From positions 224,001-288,000 of the forward strand of contig JAVJQW010000017.1 of the NCBI GenBank assembly GCA_040218735.1: a stretch of DNA of 64,000 nucleotides, given 5' to 3'. The notes beneath the pieces are model-generated. The model was not told the DNA's origin and ran no database searches. It saw nothing but the letters and a program-made list of their open reading frames with translations. Source of the stretch: Deltaproteobacteria bacterium (GTDB lineage: Bacteria; Myxococcota; Kuafuiibacteriia; Kuafuiibacteriales; Kuafuiibacteriaceae). Position 1 is the first letter of the stretch, and each line of letters opens with the position of its first letter. Position numbers and translations under genes: made by a program. Of this stretch, positions 38,980-48,402 are shown in pieces.

Positions 38980-41702
38980 CGGGCACCTCCCTGGGCGATG
39001 CGACCGGTGAAGTCGCGGACATCGACGACCCCGTCGAGGTTGACGTCGTAGGCGGCGTCGAACTGCTCGTTCAGGATCAGCTCGACGATGGCGTCGAGCT
39101 CGGCGCGGAAGTCTTCGGTGAGGACGGGGCAACCGTCGGCGTCGACGGGGGTCCCCGCGGCGGTGAGCGGGCAGAGGTCACACGCGTCACCCGCGCCGTC
39201 GCCGTCGAAGTCGGCTTGGTCGGGGTCGGCGATGGACGGGCAGACGTCGGTGTCACTCGGGACGCCGTCGCGGTCCGGATCGGGGTCGAGGTCGAGCCCG
39301 CCGTCGCGCGGCGCGGTGCCGCCGTCGCGAAAGCCTCCATCGATGCTCCCGCCGTCGACGACGCCGCCGTCGCGCGTCGGTCCCATCTCCACCACCGAGA
39401 AGAACGCGGTCTGTTCGCTGTAAAAGGACGGCGCGCCGCCCGAGGCGACGCGCACGCGGAGGACGTGAACCCCCGGCGGGAGCCCCGTGAGGTCGAGCGC
39501 GGCGGAGTACGCGTTGGTGCCGGCGGTCATCGGGTAGAAGCCGTCGTACAGGCCGTCGGGGGTGCCCGTGGCGCGCGTGGCGCCGGGGACGTCGAAGGTG
39601 CCACCGTCGATCTCGACGTAGGCTGCGGTCGCGAGCTCGTCGGTCGCGACGTCGACGGTGAGCGTGCGGCCGGCGCCGACGACCGCGGTGTCGATGACCT
39701 GCGCGGGCACCGGCGCGCCGTCCGGCGTGCGACGCGCGGGCGCGGTGGTGATCGGCAGCGAGCCGAGCGACGCCCCGCCCTCCGTGAGCGCGAGGGTCAG
39801 CGTCGGCGTGCGCGGGGCGTACGCGACGTAGCCGACGTCTGGACCGGCGGGGATGTGGAGGTAGACGAGCCCGTAGTTGGCCGGGAGCGGGAAGTCCGAC
39901 GAGCGGTCGTACTCCGCGATTGCGGCGTTGCGCGCGGCCTCGGGGATCACGTTCGGGTCGAGCACGGTGATCGTCGCGACCATCGAGTGGCCGGTGACGT
40001 CGACGAGCTCCGTGCCGGGCGGGAACTCCGTGACCAGGAGCGGGCGCGGGTCGAACTCGCCGAAGCGCACTTCGTTCGAAGTGCTGTCGTTGATCGCGAC
40101 GAGGAGCGTCGCGCCGCCGCTGCCGCCCGACGTGCGCACGACGCGCTCGTAGACGTAGGCGTCGCCGTCCACGTAGCGGTTGAACATGCCGCCGCGTCCG
40201 AAGCGGCGGCGGATGTCGAGGAGGTCGAGGATCGTGTTGGACGACAGCTCGCCGAGCGCGTCGATGCGGCCCGGCTTCACGAACGACGACGAGGTGAAGT
40301 TGTTGCCGTCGTAGAACACGACCGAGTGCCCGACGCGCGTGAGCGTGAACGCGTACGCGGCGTTGGGTTGGGTGTGCGGCGCCTCCGTGTCGTGGCTCTG
40401 CACGAACGTGACGCCGGCGTTGCGCCCAAGGCCGCCGAACTCGCTGTCGAAGCCGTCGAGGCCGCCCTGCGGGAAGCTCAGCTGGCCGATGTCACCGCTG
40501 CCGTTCTGGCTGAAGATGCCACCGCCCTCGCCGAGCTTGAACAGGAGCGGGAAGTCGAGGAGGTACATGCCGGTCGCGCGGTAGGCGAGGAGCGAGCCGA
40601 TGTCGCCGGTGAACGACTCGCCGAAGAGGAGCGCGTCGTCGACGCCGTCGTCGTCGTTGGCGTCCGGCGTGCCGCGGCGCTCGTCGAGGTTGTCCTGGAA
40701 GGCCTGGTTGAAGGCGATCTCGTCGCCGGTGTAGTCGACGCCGAAGAACTGCGTGGGCGCGTGTTTGATCGCGTCGAGGCGGAGGCCGTCGCAGTCGGTG
40801 GTGTCGCCGAACCACTTGATCCACCGCATCATGAACTCGCGGATGTCCTCGGGGACCGGCGTGCCATCCGGGTAGAAGTTGGGGTTGTTCGGGTGGCGCA
40901 CGTAGCGCGGGAGCGGGAGCTCGGCGACGAGGTTCGTGCCGTCGTTCGGGAGCGGGCCGTTGCCGTCCGCGAGCTGCTCGATCGCGAAGTCGATGAGGCC
41001 GAGGAGCGAGAGGTACTGTTCTTCTTCGATCGTCGGGCCGTTGAACGTGAACCACGGCGCGCGCGCGAGGTGGGTGTAGCCGGCGACGGTCGTGCCCATC
41101 GGCATCGGAATCGTGGCGACGATGTTCTCGTTGGCGCCGGTGTTCGGGCTGAGCACGCGCGTGCCGCCGCCGAGGAGCTGCGGCCAACGGACTTCCCAGT
41201 TGCCGTTGCCGACGTCGCGCGCGGGTAGCACGTGGTAGTCGAGCGGGTGCGTCGCGGGGAAGCCGTCGATCGGAACCGGTGTCAGCGTCGTCCCCTCGTT
41301 CTCGATGAGCGCGGGGTTCGCGTTGTGGTTCATGACCGTGTCGAAGTAGACCTTGAGGCCGAAGCGGTGGGCCTCCTCGACCATCGCGATCAGCTCGTCG
41401 TGCGTGCCATACCGAGTGGCGACGGTGCCGCGCTGATCGACCGAGCCGAGATCGAAACGGTCGAACACGGAGAAGCCGACGTCGACTTCACCTTCGGCGC
41501 CCTTCGTCGGCGGTGGTAACCACACGGCGGTGTACCCGGCGGCGGCGATCTCCGGCATTCGATCCGCGACCTCGCGCCACGAGGTCTCGAAGTACTGGAT
41601 GATCGTCTCCGGGTGCGCCTGGGCGTGCGCGGCGCGCCCCGAACCCGCGAGGGCGAGGAGGCTCGCCGCAAACGTAACGCAAGACTGATACACGAATCGC
41701 AC
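38976..41702 (-). CDS. Secreted GH13 alpha-amylase-family enzyme with TSP3 repeats and dockerin-like C-terminus
   Basis: Signal peptide (AHA-Q); GYTAVWLPPP, DRFDLG, DTVMNH, DGLRLDAIKH, FGE and FVQSHD (catalytic D/E/D intact); DRDGVP..DVCP / DGDGAGDACD repeats; DVNLDGVVDVRD. Start position approximate. Confidence 0.9.
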   Translation of the reverse strand: MRFVYQSCVTFAASLLALAGSGRAAHAQAHPETIIQYFETSWREVADRMPEIAAAGYTAVWLPPPTKGAEGEVDVGFSVFDRFDLGSVDQRGTVATRYGTHDELIAMVEEAHRFGLKVYFDTVMNHNANPALIENEGTTLTPVPIDGFPATHPLDYHVLPARDVGNGNWEVRWPQLLGGGTRVLSPNTGANENIVATIPMPMGTTVAGYTHLARAPWFTFNGPTIEEEQYLSLLGLIDFAIEQLADGNGPLPNDGTNLVAELPLPRYVRHPNNPNFYPDGTPVPEDIREFMMRWIKWFGDTTDCDGLRLDAIKHAPTQFFGVDYTGDEIAFNQAFQDNLDERRGTPDANDDDGVDDALLFGESFTGDIGSLLAYRATGMYLLDFPLLFKLGEGGGIFSQNGSGDIGQLSFPQGGLDGFDSEFGGLGRNAGVTFVQSHDTEAPHTQPNAAYAFTLTRVGHSVVFYDGNNFTSSSFVKPGRIDALGELSSNTILDLLDIRRRFGRGGMFNRYVDGDAYVYERVVRTSGGSGGATLLVAINDSTSNEVRFGEFDPRPLLVTEFPPGTELVDVTGHSMVATITVLDPNVIPEAARNAAIAEYDRSSDFPLPANYGLVYLHIPAGPDVGYVAYAPRTPTLTLALTEGGASLGSLPITTAPARRTPDGAPVPAQVIDTAVVGAGRTLTVDVATDELATAAYVEIDGGTFDVPGATRATGTPDGLYDGFYPMTAGTNAYSAALDLTGLPPGVHVLRVRVASGGAPSFYSEQTAFFSVVEMGPTRDGGVVDGGSIDGGFRDGGTAPRDGGLDLDPDPDRDGVPSDTDVCPSIADPDQADFDGDGAGDACDLCPLTAAGTPVDADGCPVLTEDFRAELDAIVELILNEQFDAAYDVNLDGVVDVRDFTGRIAQGGAR

Positions 41703-41837
41703 GGCCGGAGTACCTTGCTCGCCTGCGGCCACGTTGGGCAACGGTCGGATGACCGGCTCGAAAAATCGTCCAGAGTTGCGTGTTTACCCTTGATTCCGAC
41801 TCATCCGCCCAGTTGCGAAGTCCTCAACGATTCCGAC

Positions 41838-42506
41838 ATGATGCCGGCGGCTGTGACAGAACTGAGAAAAAGGGACGCGACCAAAACCCGACAGAAACTT
41901 CTTAGAGCGGCGGAGTACCTGTTCATCCGCAAGGGGTATGCGGCAACGACCGTCGATGAAATCTGCAAACGCGCCGGAGCCACGAAAGGCGCGTTCTTCC
42001 ACCACTTCAAAAACAAGGAAGACCTCGGCGTTGCCTGCGGGCGTGATCACGCGCAGCGGCACATGGACATGCTGAACGCCGCGGCCGAGCAGAGCTCGGA
42101 CCAACCGGTCGATCGCCTGTTCGATTACCTCGATCACGTGGTCACGAGCAGCACGCAAGCCGAGTTGCCCGCCTGCCTGATCGGCATGCTCACCCTCGAG
42201 CTGTCCGCGGTGAACGAGCGCTTCCACGAGATGTGCAACGAGGAGCTCGACAGCTGGGTGAACACCGTCGAGCAGCTCCTCGGGGACGCCGTCGCGACCA
42301 CCGGACGCAACGCGGACGTCTCCGCGCTCGCGCAGCAGTTCCTGACCACGTTCCAGGGCTCGATGATGCTCGCGCGCGCGAAGCGCGACCCCAAGGTCAT
42401 CGCCAAGAGCATGAACCAGTACCGCGACCACGTGGCGTTTGCGGTCACCGGAGGCGCCGGTCCAGCGCCACGCCAAAGTCATACCGAAGTCGAAGCCCGA
42501 GCGTAG
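41838..42506 (+). CDS. TetR/AcrR family regulator
   Basis: TRQKLLRAAEYLFIRKGYAATTVDEICKRAGATKGAFFHHFKNKEDL; divergent from the amylase operon. Confidence 0.92.
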   Translation: MMPAAVTELRKRDATKTRQKLLRAAEYLFIRKGYAATTVDEICKRAGATKGAFFHHFKNKEDLGVACGRDHAQRHMDMLNAAAEQSSDQPVDRLFDYLDHVVTSSTQAELPACLIGMLTLELSAVNERFHEMCNEELDSWVNTVEQLLGDAVATTGRNADVSALAQQFLTTFQGSMMLARAKRDPKVIAKSMNQYRDHVAFAVTGGAGPAPRQSHTEVEARA

Positions 42507-43281
42507 CCAAGCTGCGCTCGCGGCCCGCGACGGGCACCTTCACGAAGAGCTCGAATCCGCGCCGGTCCAGGTGCACGCGTAGACCTGCCCCCAAGGCCAG
42601 GTACTCGAGCGCCGAGCCGCGCCCGAACCGCGCGTCGGCTTCGGTCACGAGGGCAAAGCCGTGGGTCGGACGAAAGGTCGCGCCGAGGATCGTGGTGAAT
42701 CCGAAGCGGAGATCCGCGGGCCCCCGGGAAACCGCGCCGGTCGCGAGCGCGGCGAAAGTGCCGTACCCCGTCCACGCCTCCGTCAACCGAAGTTGCAGCG
42801 CCGCGCCCGCGTCGACGCCGAACGGTTTGGCGTTTTCGTAGGGGAACGCGTCGGTCGGGATCAGCGAACGCCCGAACCCGGTGACGACCCACGCGTCCGA
42901 CTCGACGAAGCGCCACGACGCGCCGACCGTCGGGCGCCCCGGCGCGAACGTCGACGCGGTGAGCGAGGAGATCACCGTTTGGTAGCGCAGCACCTCGAAC
43001 GAGCCGAACACCGCGCCGCGTTCGAGGAACGTGAGGCTTCCCGCGACCAACGCCGCCGCCGACAGGTTCCCGTAGAAGTCCGAAGGCTCGACGATCGCGC
43101 GAGCCGCGGCGCCGAGCTCGAGCTCGTCGTGCGCGCAGGCGGCGACGCCGACGCCGAACCGCGACGGGAGGAAGCCGACCGGCGCCGGCCCCTCGAGCTT
43201 CGCACGCCAGGACTCGGTGCACGCCGCCTCCGCCGTGGCGGTCATCAACATCGCGAGCGCCGCGAACAGGAGCGCTCTCAC
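42445..43281 (-). CDS. Exported hypothetical protein, likely beta-barrel
   Basis: Signal peptide (AEA-AC); amphipathic strands; overlaps the stop of the upstream PHP-type gene. Confidence 0.7.
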   Translation of the reverse strand: MRALLFAALAMLMTATAEAACTESWRAKLEGPAPVGFLPSRFGVGVAACAHDELELGAAARAIVEPSDFYGNLSAAALVAGSLTFLERGAVFGSFEVLRYQTVISSLTASTFAPGRPTVGASWRFVESDAWVVTGFGRSLIPTDAFPYENAKPFGVDAGAALQLRLTEAWTGYGTFAALATGAVSRGPADLRFGFTTILGATFRPTHGFALVTEADARFGRGSALEYLALGAGLRVHLDRRGFELFVKVPVAGRERSLATLGLRLRYDFGVALDRRLR

Positions 43282-46200
43282 TTCGCACCTCGCGTGAAGC
43301 GGCCGTCGCCGTCGCGATCGATCAGCAGCGGGTTCGAGAACGCGAGCGGATAGCCAAGGGGGGTCACCGCGCGGAAGTGATAGAGCGGGTCCGCGCGATC
43401 CGTGGGCGCCGGCGGCTCGGCGACCGGTCCGACCTCGTCGTCGCAGCGCTCGGGGACGTCGTCCTCGTCGACATCGCCATCCTCGTCGACGTCTTGATCA
43501 CGTTCGTCCACGACGTCGTCGTCGTTGCGTTCGACGTCGCGCCAGTCGATGCGTCCGTCGCCGTTGTTGTCGCCCGTGTCGACGACGCCGTCGCAGTCGA
43601 GGTCCGCGTTCTCGGCGAGGGGTGCGCCGGCTTCGACGACGATCCACGCGTCGCGACCGTCGTCGGGGAGCAGCTGAGCGAGCGGGATCGCGAAGTCGTA
43701 GAGCAGGTTCGACGACGACGAGAACGGGTCCGGCGCGACCAGCGGCGCGGAGCGGACGCGGACGACCTCCCCGTTCACGACGACGCGCACGCGATCGACC
43801 GGCACCCACGGCGCAGCACGAACGCGGACGACGAGCGACGCGTTCGGAGCGGCTTCGAAGACGTCGACGCTCGGCGTGACCGTGGCGCCCGAGGTATCGA
43901 GTGTCGCGACCTCGAGCATCGGTCCGTTCGTCCCGAACATCCGCCCGCGTTTGACGGCGGTGTTGAACGCGACCTCGTCGAACGTCGCGGTGTCCACGTT
44001 CGCGAAGACGATGTTGCGCGGCGAGCCGAGCACGCTGTCCGTCAGCCCGTGGGAGTCGCTGTTCGCGGTGCCGGCGCGGACCACGCCGTGTTCGAGGAGA
44101 TAGAACCAGTACGCGCGGTGGCCGAGGTAGTCCTCGTTGGCGCTCCCGTTCATCACCTCCTGCGTGTCGTAGTCCGCGTTGCTGCGCTCCGTGCCGGGCG
44201 GCATCGTGGCGAGCAGGCTCTGTCCGCGGTCGTCGCGCGACGCGGGGATCGGGAGGTTGGCGTCGAGGCTCAACGCGCGCGGGAAGCCGGTGTCGCGGCC
44301 GAAGAACATCGCGCCCCAGGGGTGGTTGAGCTGGACGACACCGTGCGCGGGGAAGCCGGTCGCGACAACGCGCTCGATCAACGTGCCCGGCTCGGCGAGC
44401 TCGTCCCACGGGCCGCCGCGGTAGGGGCCGTTGGGATCGAACGTCATCGGCCAGAAGTTCCAGTGCCCGACGACGCGCGGGAAGTCGGAGTCCGGGACCC
44501 AGTCGAAGAGGATGTGCCCGGTGGTTTCGAGGCCCGGCATGACCACGAGGCGGTCGCCGACGTTCAGCGCGGCGAGCGCTTCTTCGTAGCTCCACACCGC
44601 GTCGTGCTCCGTCGCCGCGATGACGTCGACGTTCGCCGCGAGGAACGCGAGGACCCGATCGCGGTCGGGGATCGAAGAGTCGAACGAGGCGCCGCCGTGC
44701 ACGTGGAAGTCGGCCGACAGCGCGCCGTTCGGTCGCAGGTCCGCGAGGCTCGCCAGCTCGAACAACAGCTGAACCTCTTGCGCCGCCGCGAGCTCCACCT
44801 CCCGGCGAACGAGCGAAGAGAACGGTCCACGAGTCGCGTACACGTCGTAGCGCCCCGGCGGAACGTCGAGTGTGACCGGCTCGCGGACGAGGACACGATT
44901 ACACGCGGGGGATCCGCCCATCGGCGGTCCGAGGAGCGGCGCGCATTCCTCGAAGTTGTCGAAGAGCCGCGCGGTGACCGCGTCGCGCGTCGCGGGGTCG
45001 GCGGGGTGAAAGAAGACTTGCGCCGTCGTCGGCGCGCCGTCCTCGGCGACAACCAACGTGACGCGGGCGGCGCTGGGGATCAAACGCGTGTCGATCGTAC
45101 GGTCCTCGTTCACCGGGCCGATAGCGTCATCGACGACGGTGCGCCCGAACGCGGTGACCGTGTAGCCGTACGAACGTCGGCGACGAACGCGGGCCGAGAA
45201 GCGACCGTCCGCGTCGGGTACGACCTGCGTGACGGGTACCCGCTCGTGCATCGGCGTGGACGGATCACCCTCGTAGACGATCACCGGGCTGCGCGTCTCG
45301 TTGTCGTTGATGCTCCGACCGCCCTGCACTTCGATGCGGCCGGACACCACGGCCCACGTCTCGTCGAAGAGCTGCCGGCGCGCTTCGAGGAGCTGGTCGA
45401 CGGCCGGCCCGATCGCGACACCGTCGGCGACGGTGATGAAACGTTCGTACACTTCGAAGTCGGAGGGCGGCAGGATGCGTCGCGGCATCCCGGTCGCCGA
45501 CACCTCCACGTCCTGGAACCCGTCGAGCATCGGGGCGTCGCAGCGCGTGATGCCGACCGCGGTCGGATCCACGCCGTGCCCGGACGCTGCCATGTACGGG
45601 AACGATTCGTAGACGTCGCCGATCTCCGTGAGGCCGAAGCTCGGTTGGTCGAAGCCGCGGCCCGCGGTGGGTGTGAACGGGATCTCGGAGCGCCCGCCCC
45701 AGAACCAGCCGTCGACCAGCGCGACGACACGGTCGTCGAGGCTGAGGTTCACCATCTCGGTGCGGATCCGAACGCCCGGCTCACACGGTCGCAGCTCGTA
45801 GCGCGTGTTGACGACGATCGATTCGTCGCCGTCGAGGTGCCCGCGCACCTGCACCGCTGCGAAGCCTTCGCCCTCCAGGAGCTCGAGTGTCTCGTACGCC
45901 ACCGCGTCGCCGGGGAGCAGCCCGACCCCGGTGAAGATCGACTCCATCCCGTCACGGTTCTCGGCGCGCGTCGCGAGGTCGATGATCGTTCCGCCCGTCG
46001 GTGCGAGCGCGTGAGGATGATCGATCGCGTCGATCACCACCCGGACGCGATCGTTCTCGAGGAGCACGTCGCCCTCGGCACCGAGCGCGTCGAGCCCCAC
46101 CGGGATGTCGTCGTCGTCGCGTGTGATCCGCCGGACGGAAGCGGCGCCCGACGCACATTCGTACGCGAGACGCTCACAGGGCGACTGCATCGTGCACGTT

Positions 46201-46328
46201 TCATCCGCGGCGACGAGGCACGACGTGGTCTTGCAGCCGAGCTCGTGCGTCAGCACCAGGCCGCACAGCACCACGCTCGACAACAGCGCGGGCGCCCAAC
46301 GCCGCGCGTCGATCGGTCTCGGGATCAC
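43278..46328 (-). CDS. PHP-domain (CehA/McbA-like) metallohydrolase, probable lipoprotein
   Basis: GTG at 46328 overlaps the ALDH stop; ADFHVHG, ATEHD, GHWN, QLNHP and ANSDSH metal motifs; Asp-rich tail. Confidence 0.8.
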   Translation of the reverse strand: MIPRPIDARRWAPALLSSVVLCGLVLTHELGCKTTSCLVAADETCTMQSPCERLAYECASGAASVRRITRDDDDIPVGLDALGAEGDVLLENDRVRVVIDAIDHPHALAPTGGTIIDLATRAENRDGMESIFTGVGLLPGDAVAYETLELLEGEGFAAVQVRGHLDGDESIVVNTRYELRPCEPGVRIRTEMVNLSLDDRVVALVDGWFWGGRSEIPFTPTAGRGFDQPSFGLTEIGDVYESFPYMAASGHGVDPTAVGITRCDAPMLDGFQDVEVSATGMPRRILPPSDFEVYERFITVADGVAIGPAVDQLLEARRQLFDETWAVVSGRIEVQGGRSINDNETRSPVIVYEGDPSTPMHERVPVTQVVPDADGRFSARVRRRRSYGYTVTAFGRTVVDDAIGPVNEDRTIDTRLIPSAARVTLVVAEDGAPTTAQVFFHPADPATRDAVTARLFDNFEECAPLLGPPMGGSPACNRVLVREPVTLDVPPGRYDVYATRGPFSSLVRREVELAAAQEVQLLFELASLADLRPNGALSADFHVHGGASFDSSIPDRDRVLAFLAANVDVIAATEHDAVWSYEEALAALNVGDRLVVMPGLETTGHILFDWVPDSDFPRVVGHWNFWPMTFDPNGPYRGGPWDELAEPGTLIERVVATGFPAHGVVQLNHPWGAMFFGRDTGFPRALSLDANLPIPASRDDRGQSLLATMPPGTERSNADYDTQEVMNGSANEDYLGHRAYWFYLLEHGVVRAGTANSDSHGLTDSVLGSPRNIVFANVDTATFDEVAFNTAVKRGRMFGTNGPMLEVATLDTSGATVTPSVDVFEAAPNASLVVRVRAAPWVPVDRVRVVVNGEVVRVRSAPLVAPDPFSSSSNLLYDFAIPLAQLLPDDGRDAWIVVEAGAPLAENADLDCDGVVDTGDNNGDGRIDWRDVERNDDDVVDERDQDVDEDGDVDEDDVPERCDDEVGPVAEPPAPTDRADPLYHFRAVTPLGYPLAFSNPLLIDRDGDGRFTRGAK

Positions 46329-47728
46329 GACTTCGGGATCGTCGTCCGCAGGTGATAACTCTTCGCGCGTGTGACGGCGTGGAAGCCGAGCCGCGACAGC
46401 GACACACCCTTGCCGGAGTCCTTCCACCCGGTCCACGCGAGCAGCGGGTCGAGGTAGTCCGCGCGATTCATGAACACGGTACCGGCCTGCAGCGACGTCG
46501 CGATCCGCATCGCGCGCTCCTGATCGTTCGTCCACACACTCGCGGTCAGGCCGTAGGCGCTGTCGTTCATCTTCGCGATCGCGTCGGCGTCCGACCCGAC
46601 CTTCGCCACCGCGACGACCGGTCCGAAGCTCTCCTCGGAGGCGATCGCCATCGCGTGGTCGGTGTCGGCGGCGATCGTCGGCGCGAAGAAACGCCCGCGC
46701 CCGTCGTCGGACGTCGCGTTCCCGCCGAGCAACACCCGCGCGCCGCGCTGTTTGGCGTCGGCGACCTGGCCCTCGAGGAACGCCGGCGCACCCGGTTGCG
46801 CGAGCGGGCCGATGCTCGTGGTGTCCTTCATCGGATCGCCGAGCACGTAGCCGCGGGTCTTCTCGACCATGGCCTCTACGACGCGGTCGTAGACCGGCGC
46901 CTCGACGTACACCCGCTCGACGCCGCAGCAGCTCTGGCCCGCGTTGTAGAACGCGCCGTCCACGACGTTGTCGATCGTGAAGTCGAGGTCCGCGTCGGCC
47001 GCGATGTACGCCGGGTCCTTGCCGCCGAGCTCGAGCGCGACGTCGATGAAGCGCGACTCGGCCACCGCGCGGTAGATGCGGCGCCCGCCCGACACGGAGC
47101 CGGTGAACGAGACGAACCCGGCGAGCGGGTGCGCGACCAACGCCTCCGCCGTCTCGTGCGACGTATGAATCGCGGTGACGAGCCCCTTCGGCACGCCGGC
47201 CGCCTCGAACGCCTCCGCGATCTGCTCCGAGCAGCGCGGCGTGCGCGAGCTGTGTTTCAGCACGACCGCGTTGCCCGCGAGGACCGCGGCGATCGTCGGG
47301 TTGATCGCGATGAGCAGCGGATAGTTCCAGGCCGCGAGGACGACGACGACGCCGACCGGCTCACGGCGGATGAACCGCGAGAAACCGTCCTTCGCGGGGA
47401 GCACCTCGTCCGCGAGGCTCGCCTCGGCGATGCTCGACATCTGGCGGATCCGATCGATCATCCCGTTGATCTCGCCGTTCGCCTGGCCGACCGGCTTGCC
47501 CATCGAGGCGGTGATCTCTTGGGCGTACTGCTCGCGTTTCGCCTCGAACGCCGCGACGACCTTCTCCATCGCAGCGACCCGCTCCGCGATCGGAACCTGC
47601 GCCCAGGCCTGCTGCGCCACACGCGCCGCGGTCATCACGCCGTCGAGCTCGGCGGTCTCGGTGAGCGGTGCCTCGTAGACGATCTCGCCGGTGTAGGGAC
47701 TGTCGACTTTCAGGGTGCGCTGGGCCAT
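46325..47728 (-). CDS. Aldehyde dehydrogenase family protein
   Basis: AWNYP, SFTGS, LELGGKDP, NAGQSCC and EESFGP motifs. Confidence 0.95.
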   Translation of the reverse strand: MAQRTLKVDSPYTGEIVYEAPLTETAELDGVMTAARVAQQAWAQVPIAERVAAMEKVVAAFEAKREQYAQEITASMGKPVGQANGEINGMIDRIRQMSSIAEASLADEVLPAKDGFSRFIRREPVGVVVVLAAWNYPLLIAINPTIAAVLAGNAVVLKHSSRTPRCSEQIAEAFEAAGVPKGLVTAIHTSHETAEALVAHPLAGFVSFTGSVSGGRRIYRAVAESRFIDVALELGGKDPAYIAADADLDFTIDNVVDGAFYNAGQSCCGVERVYVEAPVYDRVVEAMVEKTRGYVLGDPMKDTTSIGPLAQPGAPAFLEGQVADAKQRGARVLLGGNATSDDGRGRFFAPTIAADTDHAMAIASEESFGPVVAVAKVGSDADAIAKMNDSAYGLTASVWTNDQERAMRIATSLQAGTVFMNRADYLDPLLAWTGWKDSGKGVSLSRLGFHAVTRAKSYHLRTTIPKS

Positions 47729-47750
47729 TCGATCGCGGGGCATAACATGG

Positions 47751-48311
47751 TCACACGATCAGCTGATAGATCGCCCAGAAGGTCGCGAGGATCACGAACG
47801 GTCCGGTGAGCGGCACGACCGGCGACGGGCGCTTCGGGGTCTGCTTCGACGTCGCCGCCCGCAGCGCTGCGCCGTCGTCGGACAACACGTCGCGCGCGCC
47901 CGAACGGAGCAGCTCCACGAACGAACGCAGGCCGACCCACGTCCCGATCGGGATCGCGACGACGAGCGGCAGCACCAACACCAGCGCAAGGAGGCGGCTC
48001 GCCGGCGCGAACCTCCGCAGCCGAAACCCGACCCAGATCTGCGCCCACCCCACCAACAGTGCGAGGCCCCCGCTCACCGTGGCCCACGCGGCCTCGCCGT
48101 CGGACCACGTGCGAACGCCGTGCACCGTACGCCCCGTACCGAACAGCACGAACCACACGCCGAAGAACATCAGCCAAGAAGCGATCCTCAGGACGCGACG
48201 CTCGAAGGGCAACGCACGTTCGCGCGCTTGCGTCGGTTCGAGGTCCGCCGTGGCGGGGTCCAGCTCCGCCTCGGTGCTCGCGAAGGGGTTCGCCTCCTCC
48301 ACCTGACCCAT
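47751..48311 (-). CDS. Hypothetical membrane protein
   Basis: N-terminal NPFA motif and 4-5 TM helices; ATG start at 48311 is inferred. Confidence 0.65.
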   Translation of the reverse strand: MGQVEEANPFASTEAELDPATADLEPTQARERALPFERRVLRIASWLMFFGVWFVLFGTGRTVHGVRTWSDGEAAWATVSGGLALLVGWAQIWVGFRLRRFAPASRLLALVLVLPLVVAIPIGTWVGLRSFVELLRSGARDVLSDDGAALRAATSKQTPKRPSPVVPLTGPFVILATFWAIYQLIV

Positions 48312-48402
48312 CCTGACCGAAAGAGCGCGCGCGCGCACCTCGGACGACATGACGTCGCGCGGGCCTAGGCGTTGGCTCGACTCACAACCATAATGCGCCG
48401 CG

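Noticed and set aside
43377-46355. 992-aa plus-strand ORF (likewise 12187-14307, 15169-17607, 23192-25927, 39216-41228, and minus-strand 54702-56777)
   Set aside because: These are antisense shadows of well-supported genes. They are Arg/Val/Asp-rich without motifs, as expected from high-GC codon bias.
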